Assembly: GCA_021851735.1 (NCBI GenBank)
Contig: JAJZCD010000001.1
Coordinates: 35,078-99,077, forward strand
From: a bacterium
GTDB lineage: Bacteria; Patescibacteriota; Saccharimonadia; Saccharimonadales; UBA4665
DNA length: 64,000 nucleotides
Direction: 5' to 3'
Both the position numbers and the translations under genes were made by a program. How positions within the stretch are numbered: the first letter of the stretch is position 1; each line of letters begins with the position of its first letter. The notes beneath the pieces are model-generated. The model was given only the letters and a program-made list of their open reading frames with translations, did not search any database and was not told the DNA's origin. Shown in pieces: positions 56,320-64,000 of this stretch.

Positions 56320-57084
56320 TTACCCTTTTTTTGGCAATGGAATAAGCAGCCTGGTCCGTTGCTTGTATTGCTGATATTCTGGCTTGTCACCCCAGCGCTC
56401 ATCGGCATTCTTCTCAAGTATAGGTATGCCACTAACTCGTAATAAAAGAATGGTAATAAAGATTGGGCTTATGATGCCGATGACTTTTCCGAGTAGGCCA
56501 AGATTTGGCAGCGCATATACGTATACACCAACCCACACTAGTATTTCGCCGAAGTAATTGGGATGACGGGCATAATGCCAGAGCCCGCTGTCTATCCAGG
56601 GATGCTGAGCATGTTTTTGGCTACGGAAGCGGTATTTTTGCTGATCCGCGATTGTCTCTATGACCAATCCGGCAAGCCATATGCTAATTCCGAGTATTGC
56701 GAATTGTTTCCATGTACTATTGCCTTGAAGTGCCAGTGCAATTGGCAGGGTTAGTATCCATGCTGTTATGGCTTGGCCAAGCCAGAACGTACCAAATTTT
56801 ACAAATTTTTCGCGTATACCATCAAAACGTCTATCCTTGCCAACGTGCAGGACGCGGCGCAGTAGGAAGGCGCCAATGCGTACACCCCAGACAATGACAA
56901 GGCCGGTGCCTATGAACGCATACGGAGTTTTGTGGGCGTGCACTAGAATTAGTAAGGCAACACCGATAAAGCTAATGGCGTATGAAATGTCTGTCAATTT
57001 GTCTGACTGCAACCAGTAGGCAATGAGGAACATGATTCCGTTTAAGGCTAACGCTGCAACCAAGGTTTCGATCAGGATATACAT
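56320..57084 (-). CDS. DUF1295 / steroid 5-alpha-reductase-like membrane protein
   Basis: YARHPNYFGEILVWVG signature, polytopic. Start placed at ATG 57084 (MYILIETL) to avoid overlapping the upstream gene. Confidence 0.7.
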   Translation of the reverse strand: MYILIETLVAALALNGIMFLIAYWLQSDKLTDISYAISFIGVALLILVHAHKTPYAFIGTGLVIVWGVRIGAFLLRRVLHVGKDRRFDGIREKFVKFGTFWLGQAITAWILTLPIALALQGNSTWKQFAILGISIWLAGLVIETIADQQKYRFRSQKHAQHPWIDSGLWHYARHPNYFGEILVWVGVYVYALPNLGLLGKVIGIISPIFITILLLRVSGIPILEKNADERWGDKPEYQQYKQRTRLLIPLPKKG

Positions 57085-57169
57085 AGTAAGTGTACTATAG
57101 CATGCTCTATTCTTTAGCGCAGGAAGCACATCGCTAGAACTGTATGGAGACCAGGTGACAGTTTGAGTA

Positions 57170-57793
57170 TTAGGGCTTTCCGATAATTGGCGCTTGCCTG
57201 ATAAACGACTTATGCTCGAGTATTTCAAGGGCTGCTTGCCCTACCTCTTGACGACTGACGTACCATTTGGTCGGTCCGTGTAGGCGTAGTTGGTACGGCT
57301 TGGGTGTCGTATTTTGTAGTTTCAAAACACGTAGCACGGTCCAGTCGAGGTCGCTTTCTTTGAGTACGTCGACGTGGTCTATGCCGTCACGTACGCGTCT
57401 TGGGTCGATAAGGCTGATACTGATATTTAGGATACGGTCGACTATGGTGATGCGGTCACCAGGGAATCGTACGCCGGTGCCGGTTAGGCTAATGATACGC
57501 TTAAGGCCCGCAGTATGCATAGCGGTTACTAGCGCCCGCATAGAATCAGTTTGTACGGTTGGCGTTGATCTTCGTGTATGGCCGACAAAGCTGACGACTG
57601 CGTCTTGACCGTTCAGCAGATTGGCAAGGTCTCCGACTGCTGTTGCATCACATTTTATGGTAGTCAAATGTTCATGAGGAGTGAGGGTGTCTGTGTGATA
57701 AAATCCAGCTCGTACCTCATGTCCTGAGTTTAGCGCTTCCTCTACGAAGGCTTTCCCTGACCTGCCGTTTGCGGCGATAACAGCTATGCGCAT
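57170..57793 (-). CDS. NAD(P)H-binding (NmrA/atypical SDR-like) protein
   Basis: Start placed at ATG 57793. MRIAVIAANGRSGKAFVEEAL is a Rossmann GxxGxxG-type N-terminus. I rejected the 90-aa upstream extension in the track. Confidence 0.7.
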   Translation of the reverse strand: MRIAVIAANGRSGKAFVEEALNSGHEVRAGFYHTDTLTPHEHLTTIKCDATAVGDLANLLNGQDAVVSFVGHTRRSTPTVQTDSMRALVTAMHTAGLKRIISLTGTGVRFPGDRITIVDRILNISISLIDPRRVRDGIDHVDVLKESDLDWTVLRVLKLQNTTPKPYQLRLHGPTKWYVSRQEVGQAALEILEHKSFIRQAPIIGKP

Positions 57794-58513
57794 ATGATCT
57801 CCATTGTTTATGCTTATACACCCCAGCATAAGCTGAACTACGTTGGTGTTGCAAGGTACACATGGCATAACGGGTATGTGCAGCAGAATTTCTGGGACGA
57901 TATATACGAAAATACGCCACTTACTGACATCCCATGGCAGTTGACACAAGCCGATTGGTTTGGTGAGCTGCTCGACGAAGGGGTGCTTACGGGTGAAACG
58001 GCACTTGATCTTGGCTGTGGTACAGGCATCAAGTCGATTCGACTTGCCTAATCCGGGTTCCACGAGGTTGTTGGTGTTGATATAGCGGCTGAGGCCATAG
58101 CGTATGCACAGACAAACGCCGCCGATACTGATGTGAAAAGCCAGCTTACCTTCACTGTCGCAGATATCACTGATTTATCATTTCTTGGTGACGCGCGGTT
58201 TGACCTGGTGCTAGACTGGGCGGCGTTGCATTGTATTCCTAAAGAAATGTGGAAAGAATATGCGGCACACATTGCGGCGCATACCCATAAGGATTCATTG
58301 TATTTGCTGCGGGCTTTTGCGAAAGAACCTGCCGAGACTCATGAATTTATTATTGATCATGCGACTCATACAACAACGAAAGTGTATCTTTTTGACGACG
58401 CTATCATCGACGAGCTTTTTGGTGATGCGTTTCGGGTAATACGAACACATCACTCTAAGCCACGTACGAAAGCACATCGCTCGTTCAACGAGTACCTGAT
58501 GGTTAGAATGTAG
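57794..58513 (+). pseudogene. class I SAM-dependent methyltransferase interrupted by an in-frame TAA
   Basis: ORFs 57794..58051 and 58133..58513 are in the same frame with a single TAA at 58049-58051. Motif I ALDLGCGTGIKSIRLA lies upstream of the stop. The expected continuation SGFHEVVGVDIAAEAI...FDLVLDWAALHCIP lies downstream. Confidence 0.6.
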
Positions 58514-58566
58514 CAACGTTGTTTGTCAGGTGTTTTTAGGGCATTACGTATATACTAGTATGTATA

Positions 58567-59127
58567 ATGCATCATCATCGTTTTACGTATTCGGAAGCAG
58601 AACGACGAAAACGCCAGAATCCAGAAGCGCTGCTACACGGTATGGGGCTTCAGCCCGGCATGTGTTTTGTCGACTTGGGATGTAACGATGGATTTTTTAC
58701 GCTTCCGGCTGCGCGGATAGTCGGTCCGAACGGCAAGGTTATTGCACTTGATATTGATGAAGCGGCACTCGGACGCCTTACGGAAAAGCTGCAGTCTGAG
58801 CATATACAAAATGTTGAGGTGGTCGCGAGTACAGCGGAAGCTTTCGATACATACAGTGATTGTGCGGACATCGTCTTTTTCGGCATGGTGCTCCATGATT
58901 TTCAGGACCCGGTTCAAGTGCTTCGAAACGCGAAGCGAATGTTACACAAGGACGGCTTTATGTATGATTACGACTGGAAAAAACAACCAAGCGAATTGGG
59001 CCCACCGCTTGCTATACGCCTAAGTCCAACACAAGTTGCCGCATTAGCTCAAAAAGCGGAGCTCCATGTTACTGCAGCGGAAACTGTCGATGATAATTTC
59101 TACGCGGTGACGATGCGTTTAGGATAA
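58567..59127 (+). CDS. class I SAM-dependent methyltransferase
   Basis: 186 aa. Motif I FVDLGCNDGFFT, acidic post-I ALDID, and VFFGMVLHD. Confidence 0.8.
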   Translation: MHHHRFTYSEAERRKRQNPEALLHGMGLQPGMCFVDLGCNDGFFTLPAARIVGPNGKVIALDIDEAALGRLTEKLQSEHIQNVEVVASTAEAFDTYSDCADIVFFGMVLHDFQDPVQVLRNAKRMLHKDGFMYDYDWKKQPSELGPPLAIRLSPTQVAALAQKAELHVTAAETVDDNFYAVTMRLG

Positions 59128-59574
59128 ACGAAATTCCTGACGAGCATTCTTGGGAAAATGTTCAGCGTCAAATAGCACGAATAGCTCTGGCTTGATACGA
59201 TAGAACCTGTGTGGGCGATCAGGGTGTGCTATGAACTGTTCGATTTGTTCGCTTGAGAATATGCGGTCTTTATAGACGCTTATGGTTTTTTGGACATCAC
59301 CTTCATCTGTCAGTAGAGAAGCGACGCCTTCAAACTGTAATCCTCTAGATTTATCTTGTGGTGTTTGCGGTAGGCACATTGACCCGGCGACGTATGGGTC
59401 TTCCATTACTTCTGCTGAATGGCGTGTTGTTGTGGCTGAGAAGTAGTAAATGCTCATGCTGTCATCCGTTGCAAACCATACGTTGCACACCCATGGTTTG
59501 CCATTTGATACGGTAGCTAGGTGCATCATTTTTGCATCCTGGAGATATGTTTGGATGAGCTGTTTTACTTCCAT
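59119..59574 (-). CDS. pyridoxamine 5'-phosphate oxidase-family (FMN-binding split barrel) protein
   Basis: 151 aa. MHLATVSNGKPWVCNVWFATDD is typical of the general-stress-protein-26/PNPOx-like N-terminus. Confidence 0.6.
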   Translation of the reverse strand: MEVKQLIQTYLQDAKMMHLATVSNGKPWVCNVWFATDDSMSIYYFSATTTRHSAEVMEDPYVAGSMCLPQTPQDKSRGLQFEGVASLLTDEGDVQKTISVYKDRIFSSEQIEQFIAHPDRPHRFYRIKPELFVLFDAEHFPKNARQEFRLS

Positions 59575-59847
59575 TGTGCTTTCCTCTCTAGCTTTGTAAG
59601 AGTGTAAACCCTGCTTCTACAGTAGCTTAATTGTACCGCATCGTCTGAAAAGCATAGTCATGTCGGATTGTCGTCTTTGATCTTATATTCATAGGATTAT
59701 TATACCCGTACCCCATAGAATGATTAGGCTGCAAGCTGCCGTATATCTAACGTACGAGGGGGCTTTAGTCGCTATTTCATTCTTGAGAGTAGGTCTTGAT
59801 AACTGTTGACACTCAGTTACTGACATTCAAGATGAAAGGTAAGCTAT

Positions 59848-60912
59848 TCAATCGTCACTAGGTCTGTCAGGCAACTGCCCTAAGGCAAGTCTGTATAACA
59901 CTACGAGCTCATTAACGTAAGCTGCAAGTGGCCTGTCCGGTACAACTATTTCATTGCCACGGTACGGGAATGTGTCGCCAGGCTCATCGCCGATGGCAAC
60001 AGGTGGTAGCATATCGATTCCCTTTGCGGCCGCCCATCTAATTGCCTGCTGTGTCGCTTTTGGTCTGTATTGGCCGTTAGTGGCTATAACTAGTTGTATT
60101 TCAGGGTCAGGAATGAGCGCCTGCACCACATCAAGGCCAGCTCCAAGGCCTCCGTTGGTCTGTATAAGTATGAGTTTTGGAAGGGTTGGGTCGTTATTAG
60201 CCATCTCGATTATTCTTGGTGCGACATCGTTTTCGCGCGTGGCTGTTCTTGTATAACCTTCCGCCAAAGCCGTGGCTAAGTTTGCATCAAACTCTGTGAA
60301 TGCTCCTTGCCCCCTACCGGGTAAAAAGTCAAGGTTGCCAGCCAGCTCCTGAATTGTCTCGTGTTCGGGATTTTTAACTACTGCTATGGTGCCATCTTTC
60401 CCGAGCTTCTCTTTAGTAGGTTCGATTATACGAGTGCTTCCAAATTGGTACAAAGTCTTTGACGATATGCCTCCCCCGTATACTTGGCGCATAGCTCTAC
60501 CGGCAACTCCACGACGCACTACTGAAGTCCTCATAGCCCCGCCCTCAACTACGAACACAGCGCTAGATGGGTCAATTCTGTAAGTATCCTCTTCTTGTCT
60601 TATTCCGTCCGCTACTCTTCGCAGGCCTAATCTCATAGCAATATCTAAGATAGCCCCCTCATTACCACTTATAGCCGCCTTCATTGCCTCAGTTGCTTGA
60701 GCTTTTTCAATTAATGTCCATCTGGGGTCAAGGGACTTTCCTCTCTCGGGTGGGGGCAGAATAATTTCGGCAACTTCTGATGGTGTTGCATCTGCGGGTA
60801 GGATGGCCTTCGTGGCCGCTATGTCGGCCAATAAGCCGCTCCTTAACTCATTCTCGATTATTGCTGCGGTGTGCGCAGCTTCGTAATCTGTTCCTGCGTA
60901 TCCTTCTCCCAT
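59848..60912 (-). CDS. uncharacterised 354-aa soluble protein
   Basis: Strong AGGAGG RBS 7 nt upstream of the ATG and coherent composition. Two Gly-rich segments (VFVVEGGAMRT and LIQTNGGLGAGLDVV). No family recognised. Confidence 0.5.
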   Translation of the reverse strand: MGEGYAGTDYEAAHTAAIIENELRSGLLADIAATKAILPADATPSEVAEIILPPPERGKSLDPRWTLIEKAQATEAMKAAISGNEGAILDIAMRLGLRRVADGIRQEEDTYRIDPSSAVFVVEGGAMRTSVVRRGVAGRAMRQVYGGGISSKTLYQFGSTRIIEPTKEKLGKDGTIAVVKNPEHETIQELAGNLDFLPGRGQGAFTEFDANLATALAEGYTRTATRENDVAPRIIEMANNDPTLPKLILIQTNGGLGAGLDVVQALIPDPEIQLVIATNGQYRPKATQQAIRWAAAKGIDMLPPVAIGDEPGDTFPYRGNEIVVPDRPLAAYVNELVVLYRLALGQLPDRPSDD

Positions 60913-60976
60913 GGCAAACCTCCTGTGTAAGTGGGTAAAAATTAATAATTAAGGTATGCCGGTACTATACGCGACT

Positions 60977-61013
60977 TATTTATATTGTCAATATGCAATT
61001 CACAATATAAATA
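60977..61013. promoter_or_regulatory. perfect 12-bp inverted repeat (candidate operator) in an AT-rich divergent promoter region
   Basis: TATTTATATTGT-N13-ACAATATAAATA, followed by TATAAA/TATAAG hexamer reiterations. It lies between divergent genes 59848..60912 (-) and 61089..61880 (+). Confidence 0.5.
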
Positions 61014-61088
61014 TAAATATAAGAGAACAAACAAAATCGTGAAATAACTATTCACAAAAAATAAGTTTATGGTATTATATAATTCGTA

Positions 61089-61880
61089 ATGGAAAATATC
61101 TTAATTGAAGCCGGTCTTTCTAAACTGCAGGCTCAGGTGTATTTGTATTTACTGGATAACGGGTCAACGTATCCGACCGCCCTTATGAATAAATTGAAAA
61201 TAACAAGGACGAATACCTATAAAGTTTTGGAATCCCTTGAGCGATTAGGGCTTGCACGAAGACAGATGCAACGTAATAAGGCTAGCTATTACCCTGAAGA
61301 CCCTGTAGCTCTTACTTCTCTGGTTGCAGAGAAACGCAACAGTGTCATTGCCCTCGAAAAGGGTATTACGAAAGCAATGAACGGTCTTGAGACTAGGTAC
61401 CATAAGCATAGATCGAGTGCACAAGTAGAAATACTGACAGGTAGACGATCCATCGAAAAATCGTATACTGCGCAGGCAGAGCTTAGACAGCCGATACACT
61501 TTCTCAAGAGCCGAGCAGATATTCCATTTATGGGCTATGAAACTATGGTGGCGATACGTAAGAACCAAGGAAAGCTTTCTGGTTCCAGATATGGTATAAC
61601 TACAGATTCTGCTGAGGCTCCAAAGGATCACGCTATTGATAGGCGCACCAATCTAGAACGAACATGGATTGATGAGAATAATTACACTGCTCCGGTGGAA
61701 TGGTCAGTAAGTGGAGATATGCTTGTCATCCAAGTATTTAACGAAGAAGGTAAAAGTATAGTTATTAGGAGCGATCTAGTCGCTGATGCATTCAGGCAAC
61801 TTTGGCGTATAGCTGATACCGCACTGCGAAGCTCCGAAAAGTATAAGAATTATCCACTCAAAGCTACTAGAAAGAAATGA
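61089..61880 (+). CDS. TrmB-family (winged-helix) transcriptional regulator
   Basis: 263 aa. N-terminal LSKLQAQVYLYLLDNGSTYPTALMNKLKITRTNTYKVLESLERLGLARR. TATAAT sits 5 nt upstream of the ATG with no SD (leaderless-like). Confidence 0.7.
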   Translation: MENILIEAGLSKLQAQVYLYLLDNGSTYPTALMNKLKITRTNTYKVLESLERLGLARRQMQRNKASYYPEDPVALTSLVAEKRNSVIALEKGITKAMNGLETRYHKHRSSAQVEILTGRRSIEKSYTAQAELRQPIHFLKSRADIPFMGYETMVAIRKNQGKLSGSRYGITTDSAEAPKDHAIDRRTNLERTWIDENNYTAPVEWSVSGDMLVIQVFNEEGKSIVIRSDLVADAFRQLWRIADTALRSSEKYKNYPLKATRKK

Positions 61881-61883
61881 TAG

Positions 61884-62560
61884 CTAGGATATTTCCTTCC
61901 GTAGCCCTGCACGTCCGATGCCCGGCCAGTATGCCGTCTCTTCGCTGTCATCTCTCTTGATGTATTTTTCTTGATGTGCGCCTAGGAACTCCATGGCTAC
62001 GCCGGCGAGCGCGTAGGTGTATAGGTAACGACGCTCGTTGTCAGTTAACGGGTTATGTCGGTTGTACTCGTTAGCAATTTGAGTTTAAACTCAAACCGTT
62101 TTTTTCGTGCAGCAAGTTGGCTGCCATGACTGCTAGTTCCTGAATTCGTGGGTACCAGTTTGCTACCGAGAAGTCGATGATATAGATCTTTCCGTCATCC
62201 CCCTTGATAGTGTTGCCCTCGACGAAGCGCATTAGTACCAGTGTAATAGCTCCAGTACGGTACAGAGTGCTGCCATTAGTGTACGGGATAATCTCAGGAT
62301 GATTCACGCCAGCCGCAACAACATGTTGCATGACGTCTGCATACCGTTCGATTTCTTCCGGCTTGCGTGATTTGGCAAACATCTTGGCCATGAAGCGGCC
62401 GTTAGGCGTGTCTATACTAACATTACAGTCTTCATCCAACCTCGATAACCGAGAAGCCGTCCATCTGGCCTAAAGCGTATGCTTCGCAGACTTCTTCAAT
62501 AACAGGTGTGAGGTCGCCTTCATAGTCTAGACGGCCACTCGGTGTATTATGCGTGCTCAT
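61884..62560 (-). pseudogene. degraded aminoglycoside/homoserine-kinase-type phosphotransferase (APH family) gene
   Basis: Three frame segments. MSTHNTPSGRLDYEGDLTPVIEEVCEAYALGQMDGFSVIEVG(stop), then (L)DEDCNVSIDTPNGRF...KIYIIDFSVANWYPRIQELAV...NSNC(stop), then ANEYNRHNPLTDNERRYLYTYALAGVAMEFLG... No HxD catalytic loop between the hinge (FVEG) and IDF. Total length is ~220 nt short of a normal APH gene. Confidence 0.6.
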
Positions 62561-63027
62561 TTTCTCTTCTCTGCATCAAGCCGTATATCTATAGCATTAC
62601 CATGTATGTCTCCATCGTCATTCGTCCAGATTTTTTCAGGGACGAATTTGTAGATGCGACGTGGGTACCCGCCAATGTACTTGGTGCCATCTGACGGATT
62701 GTATGGGTCGTTTTTAAAAACGAGTGCCGCTCGCATGATTTCCTGTGTGTCAGTTAACTCAAATGCTTGGCCTTGTATATATACGCCTGCCGAGGGCTCG
62801 TTACTGGGTGGTGTTGAATCGTATACGACAACAAATGCTTTGCCGTTTGCTCGAATATTCTTGGAATGTTGGTTCTCCTGCCAGGATGCCCAGTAAAAGG
62901 TATAGTCGTTGTCAAAGTGAAAGCCGGCGACTGGCGTGTTCCAGGGTTGGCCGTCCTTGCTAACGGTAGCTATAGTAATGTAGGAGATGGTGCCAAGAAC
63001 GGCTGTAGCGTCGGCATTTGGTTTCAT
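62557..63027 (-). CDS. pyridoxamine 5'-phosphate oxidase-family (FMN-binding split barrel) protein
   Basis: 156 aa. ISYITIATVSKDGQPWNTPVAGFHFD...FYWASWQENQHSKNIRANGKAFVVV. ATGA overlaps at both ends. Confidence 0.6.
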   Translation of the reverse strand: MKPNADATAVLGTISYITIATVSKDGQPWNTPVAGFHFDNDYTFYWASWQENQHSKNIRANGKAFVVVYDSTPPSNEPSAGVYIQGQAFELTDTQEIMRAALVFKNDPYNPSDGTKYIGGYPRRIYKFVPEKIWTNDDGDIHGNAIDIRLDAEKRK

Positions 63028-63596
63028 ACAAGTTCTTTCAGTAGTTCCGGAAACGCAACCGTGTGCATGCCTTCGTACGTGAAATGACCATACTCGTGGA
63101 ATTCACGGTAGTCTATATCTGAAATAGCATCCCGGATTATCTGAACACTCATATGTACGCTGTCCATGTCATCGTCTGAATTGAAGATGGTGAGCCCATT
63201 GGTGCGTTTCGTGAGATTTGGATCAATCTCGAATTCGAAAAAGTCGGTCGTGTCTGTGCGACCAGGGTCAAGCCATGGCGCTACAAGTACTACCTTGCCT
63301 GCATGTATGTCCGTATGTTCGCTGAGCCAGCGCACGATAAAACCACCTCCACAGCTGTGGCCAACAAGGATTGTATTTGGTGTTATATCGTAACGTTCAA
63401 ATTCTTTTTGCCATGTGGGATAGTCTGGCTTCCATGAGTTCGGTACTTCGGGGGTCTGTGCGGCGATATCTTTGATAAGTAGTTGCTTCTGTAACCATGG
63501 GAGCCAATGGGAGTTACTTGCTGACGGAAAGTCGGGATTGTAGTATTCTTCTTGGCCAGGATCAGGCTTTCCGTGGAGGATAATGGCGGTTTTCAT
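63024..63596 (-). CDS. YdeN/RBBP9-type serine hydrolase (alpha/beta fold)
   Basis: 190 aa. AIILHGKP start, nucleophile elbow LVGHSCGG, late D (NSDDD) and H (EYGHF). Confidence 0.7.
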   Translation of the reverse strand: MKTAIILHGKPDPGQEEYYNPDFPSASNSHWLPWLQKQLLIKDIAAQTPEVPNSWKPDYPTWQKEFERYDITPNTILVGHSCGGGFIVRWLSEHTDIHAGKVVLVAPWLDPGRTDTTDFFEFEIDPNLTKRTNGLTIFNSDDDMDSVHMSVQIIRDAISDIDYREFHEYGHFTYEGMHTVAFPELLKELV

Positions 63597-64000
63597 ACTA
63601 TCAGCTGCGCAAGCAGCGGGAATTCCTTATATGGTTGGTTCTTACTACTTGAGCCGAAATGTCCATCTTGTCGTATGATCTGCGTGCCGCCGAGCTGGTC
63701 AAACATGAGGCGGCCTTGTTTGTCATCGCAACCCCATGGATCGTTAGTTGAGTTAATGAAATAGATGTCTTTGACATGGGATTTAATTTTCTCCCACTTG
63801 TAACTGGGTTGCAGAATGGGATTATCATCGTTAGGCAAATCTTTAATAAGCCCGGCTACCAGAATAGCTTGTGGTATTACTACATCAATGTTCTCAAGGA
63901 TACTCAGTATTAGTGGTCCGCCAGCCGAATGGCCTACTAGTACGGTCTCTTCGTCAAAGTGATGATTCTTTAGTACTTTTGGTAAAAAAGTATCGATAGG
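63593..64000 (-). CDS. second YdeN/RBBP9-type serine hydrolase, 5'-truncated by the window edge
   Basis: The frame is open from the window edge, and the track shows only the last 81 aa from an internal TTG. It reads PIDTFLPKVLKNHHFDEETVLVGHSAGGPLILS...STNDPWGCD...DGHFG. ATGA overlap with the downstream paralog. Confidence 0.65.
   Translation of the reverse strand, partial: PIDTFLPKVLKNHHFDEETVLVGHSAGGPLILSILENIDVVIPQAILVAGLIKDLPNDDNPILQPSYKWEKIKSHVKDIYFINSTNDPWGCDDKQGRLMFDQLGGTQIIRQDGHFGSSSKNQPYKEFPLLAQLIV

Noticed and set aside
58049-58051. Stop-codon reassignment (TAA read as sense, or a code-25-type TGA=Gly as in some candidate phyla)
   Set aside because: TAA, TAG and TGA all terminate many well-supported genes here at expected lengths. 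Examples are the ATGA-coupled junctions and the TAATG junction at 26221-26225. A single in-frame TAA is better explained by a mutation or a sequencing error.
57794-58063. 90-codon N-terminal extension of the NmrA-like ORF (track 57170..58063)
   Set aside because: The Rossmann N-terminus begins at the internal ATG at 57793. The extension is antisense to the methyltransferase 5' half, which has a clear motif I.

Overview
This is a compact, gene-dense bacterial chromosome segment. By eye about 90% is coding and GC is mid-40s to ~50%. Many adjacent genes overlap by 1-4 nt (ATGA or TAATG junctions). The standard genetic code applies, since TGA, TAA and TAG all end ORFs at sensible lengths. I see no rRNA, CRISPR array, transposase or integrase. 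There are two tRNA genes, Leu-CAA and Ser-GGA.

The gene content is Gram-positive/actinobacteria-like but streamlined: PEGA protein, sortase, RRM RNA-binding protein, VKOR plus a MarP-like protease, MmpL, Nramp, MacB-type ABC, Ino1 plus a CDP-alcohol phosphatidyltransferase, and F420-type LLM oxidoreductases. This fits a small-genome lineage such as Saccharibacteria/Patescibacteria, but that is inference only.

Loci most worth a second look:
- **Inositol-phospholipid operon (31.5-34.4 kb).** Four tightly packed genes in the order ino1, PIP-synthase-like transferase, PHP phosphoesterase, and an archaeal-type CarS (CDP-archaeol synthase)-like cytidylyltransferase. A LysR regulator is transcribed divergently.
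- **Split NOX/ferric-reductase-like redox module (48.2-51.7 kb).** An FNR-like flavoprotein with a C-terminal TM anchor, an ApbE flavin transferase without a signal peptide, and a di-heme ferric-reductase-type membrane protein.
- **Membrane-tethered Clp/Hsp100 ATPase** with a DD (not DE) D1 Walker B, abutting a small membrane protein.
- **CCA-adding enzyme** carrying an N-terminal HhH-GPD-like domain.
- **Uncharacterised 354-aa protein** transcribed divergently from a TrmB-type regulator, across an AT-rich region with a perfect 12-bp inverted repeat.
- **Accessory-looking stretch (44-64 kb)** with three decaying genes: a ClC channel remnant, a methyltransferase with an in-frame TAA, and a frameshifted/deleted APH-type kinase.

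Two plausible small ORFs lie below the ORF-track size cut-off. All functional calls rest on motif recognition by eye; no database searches were run.
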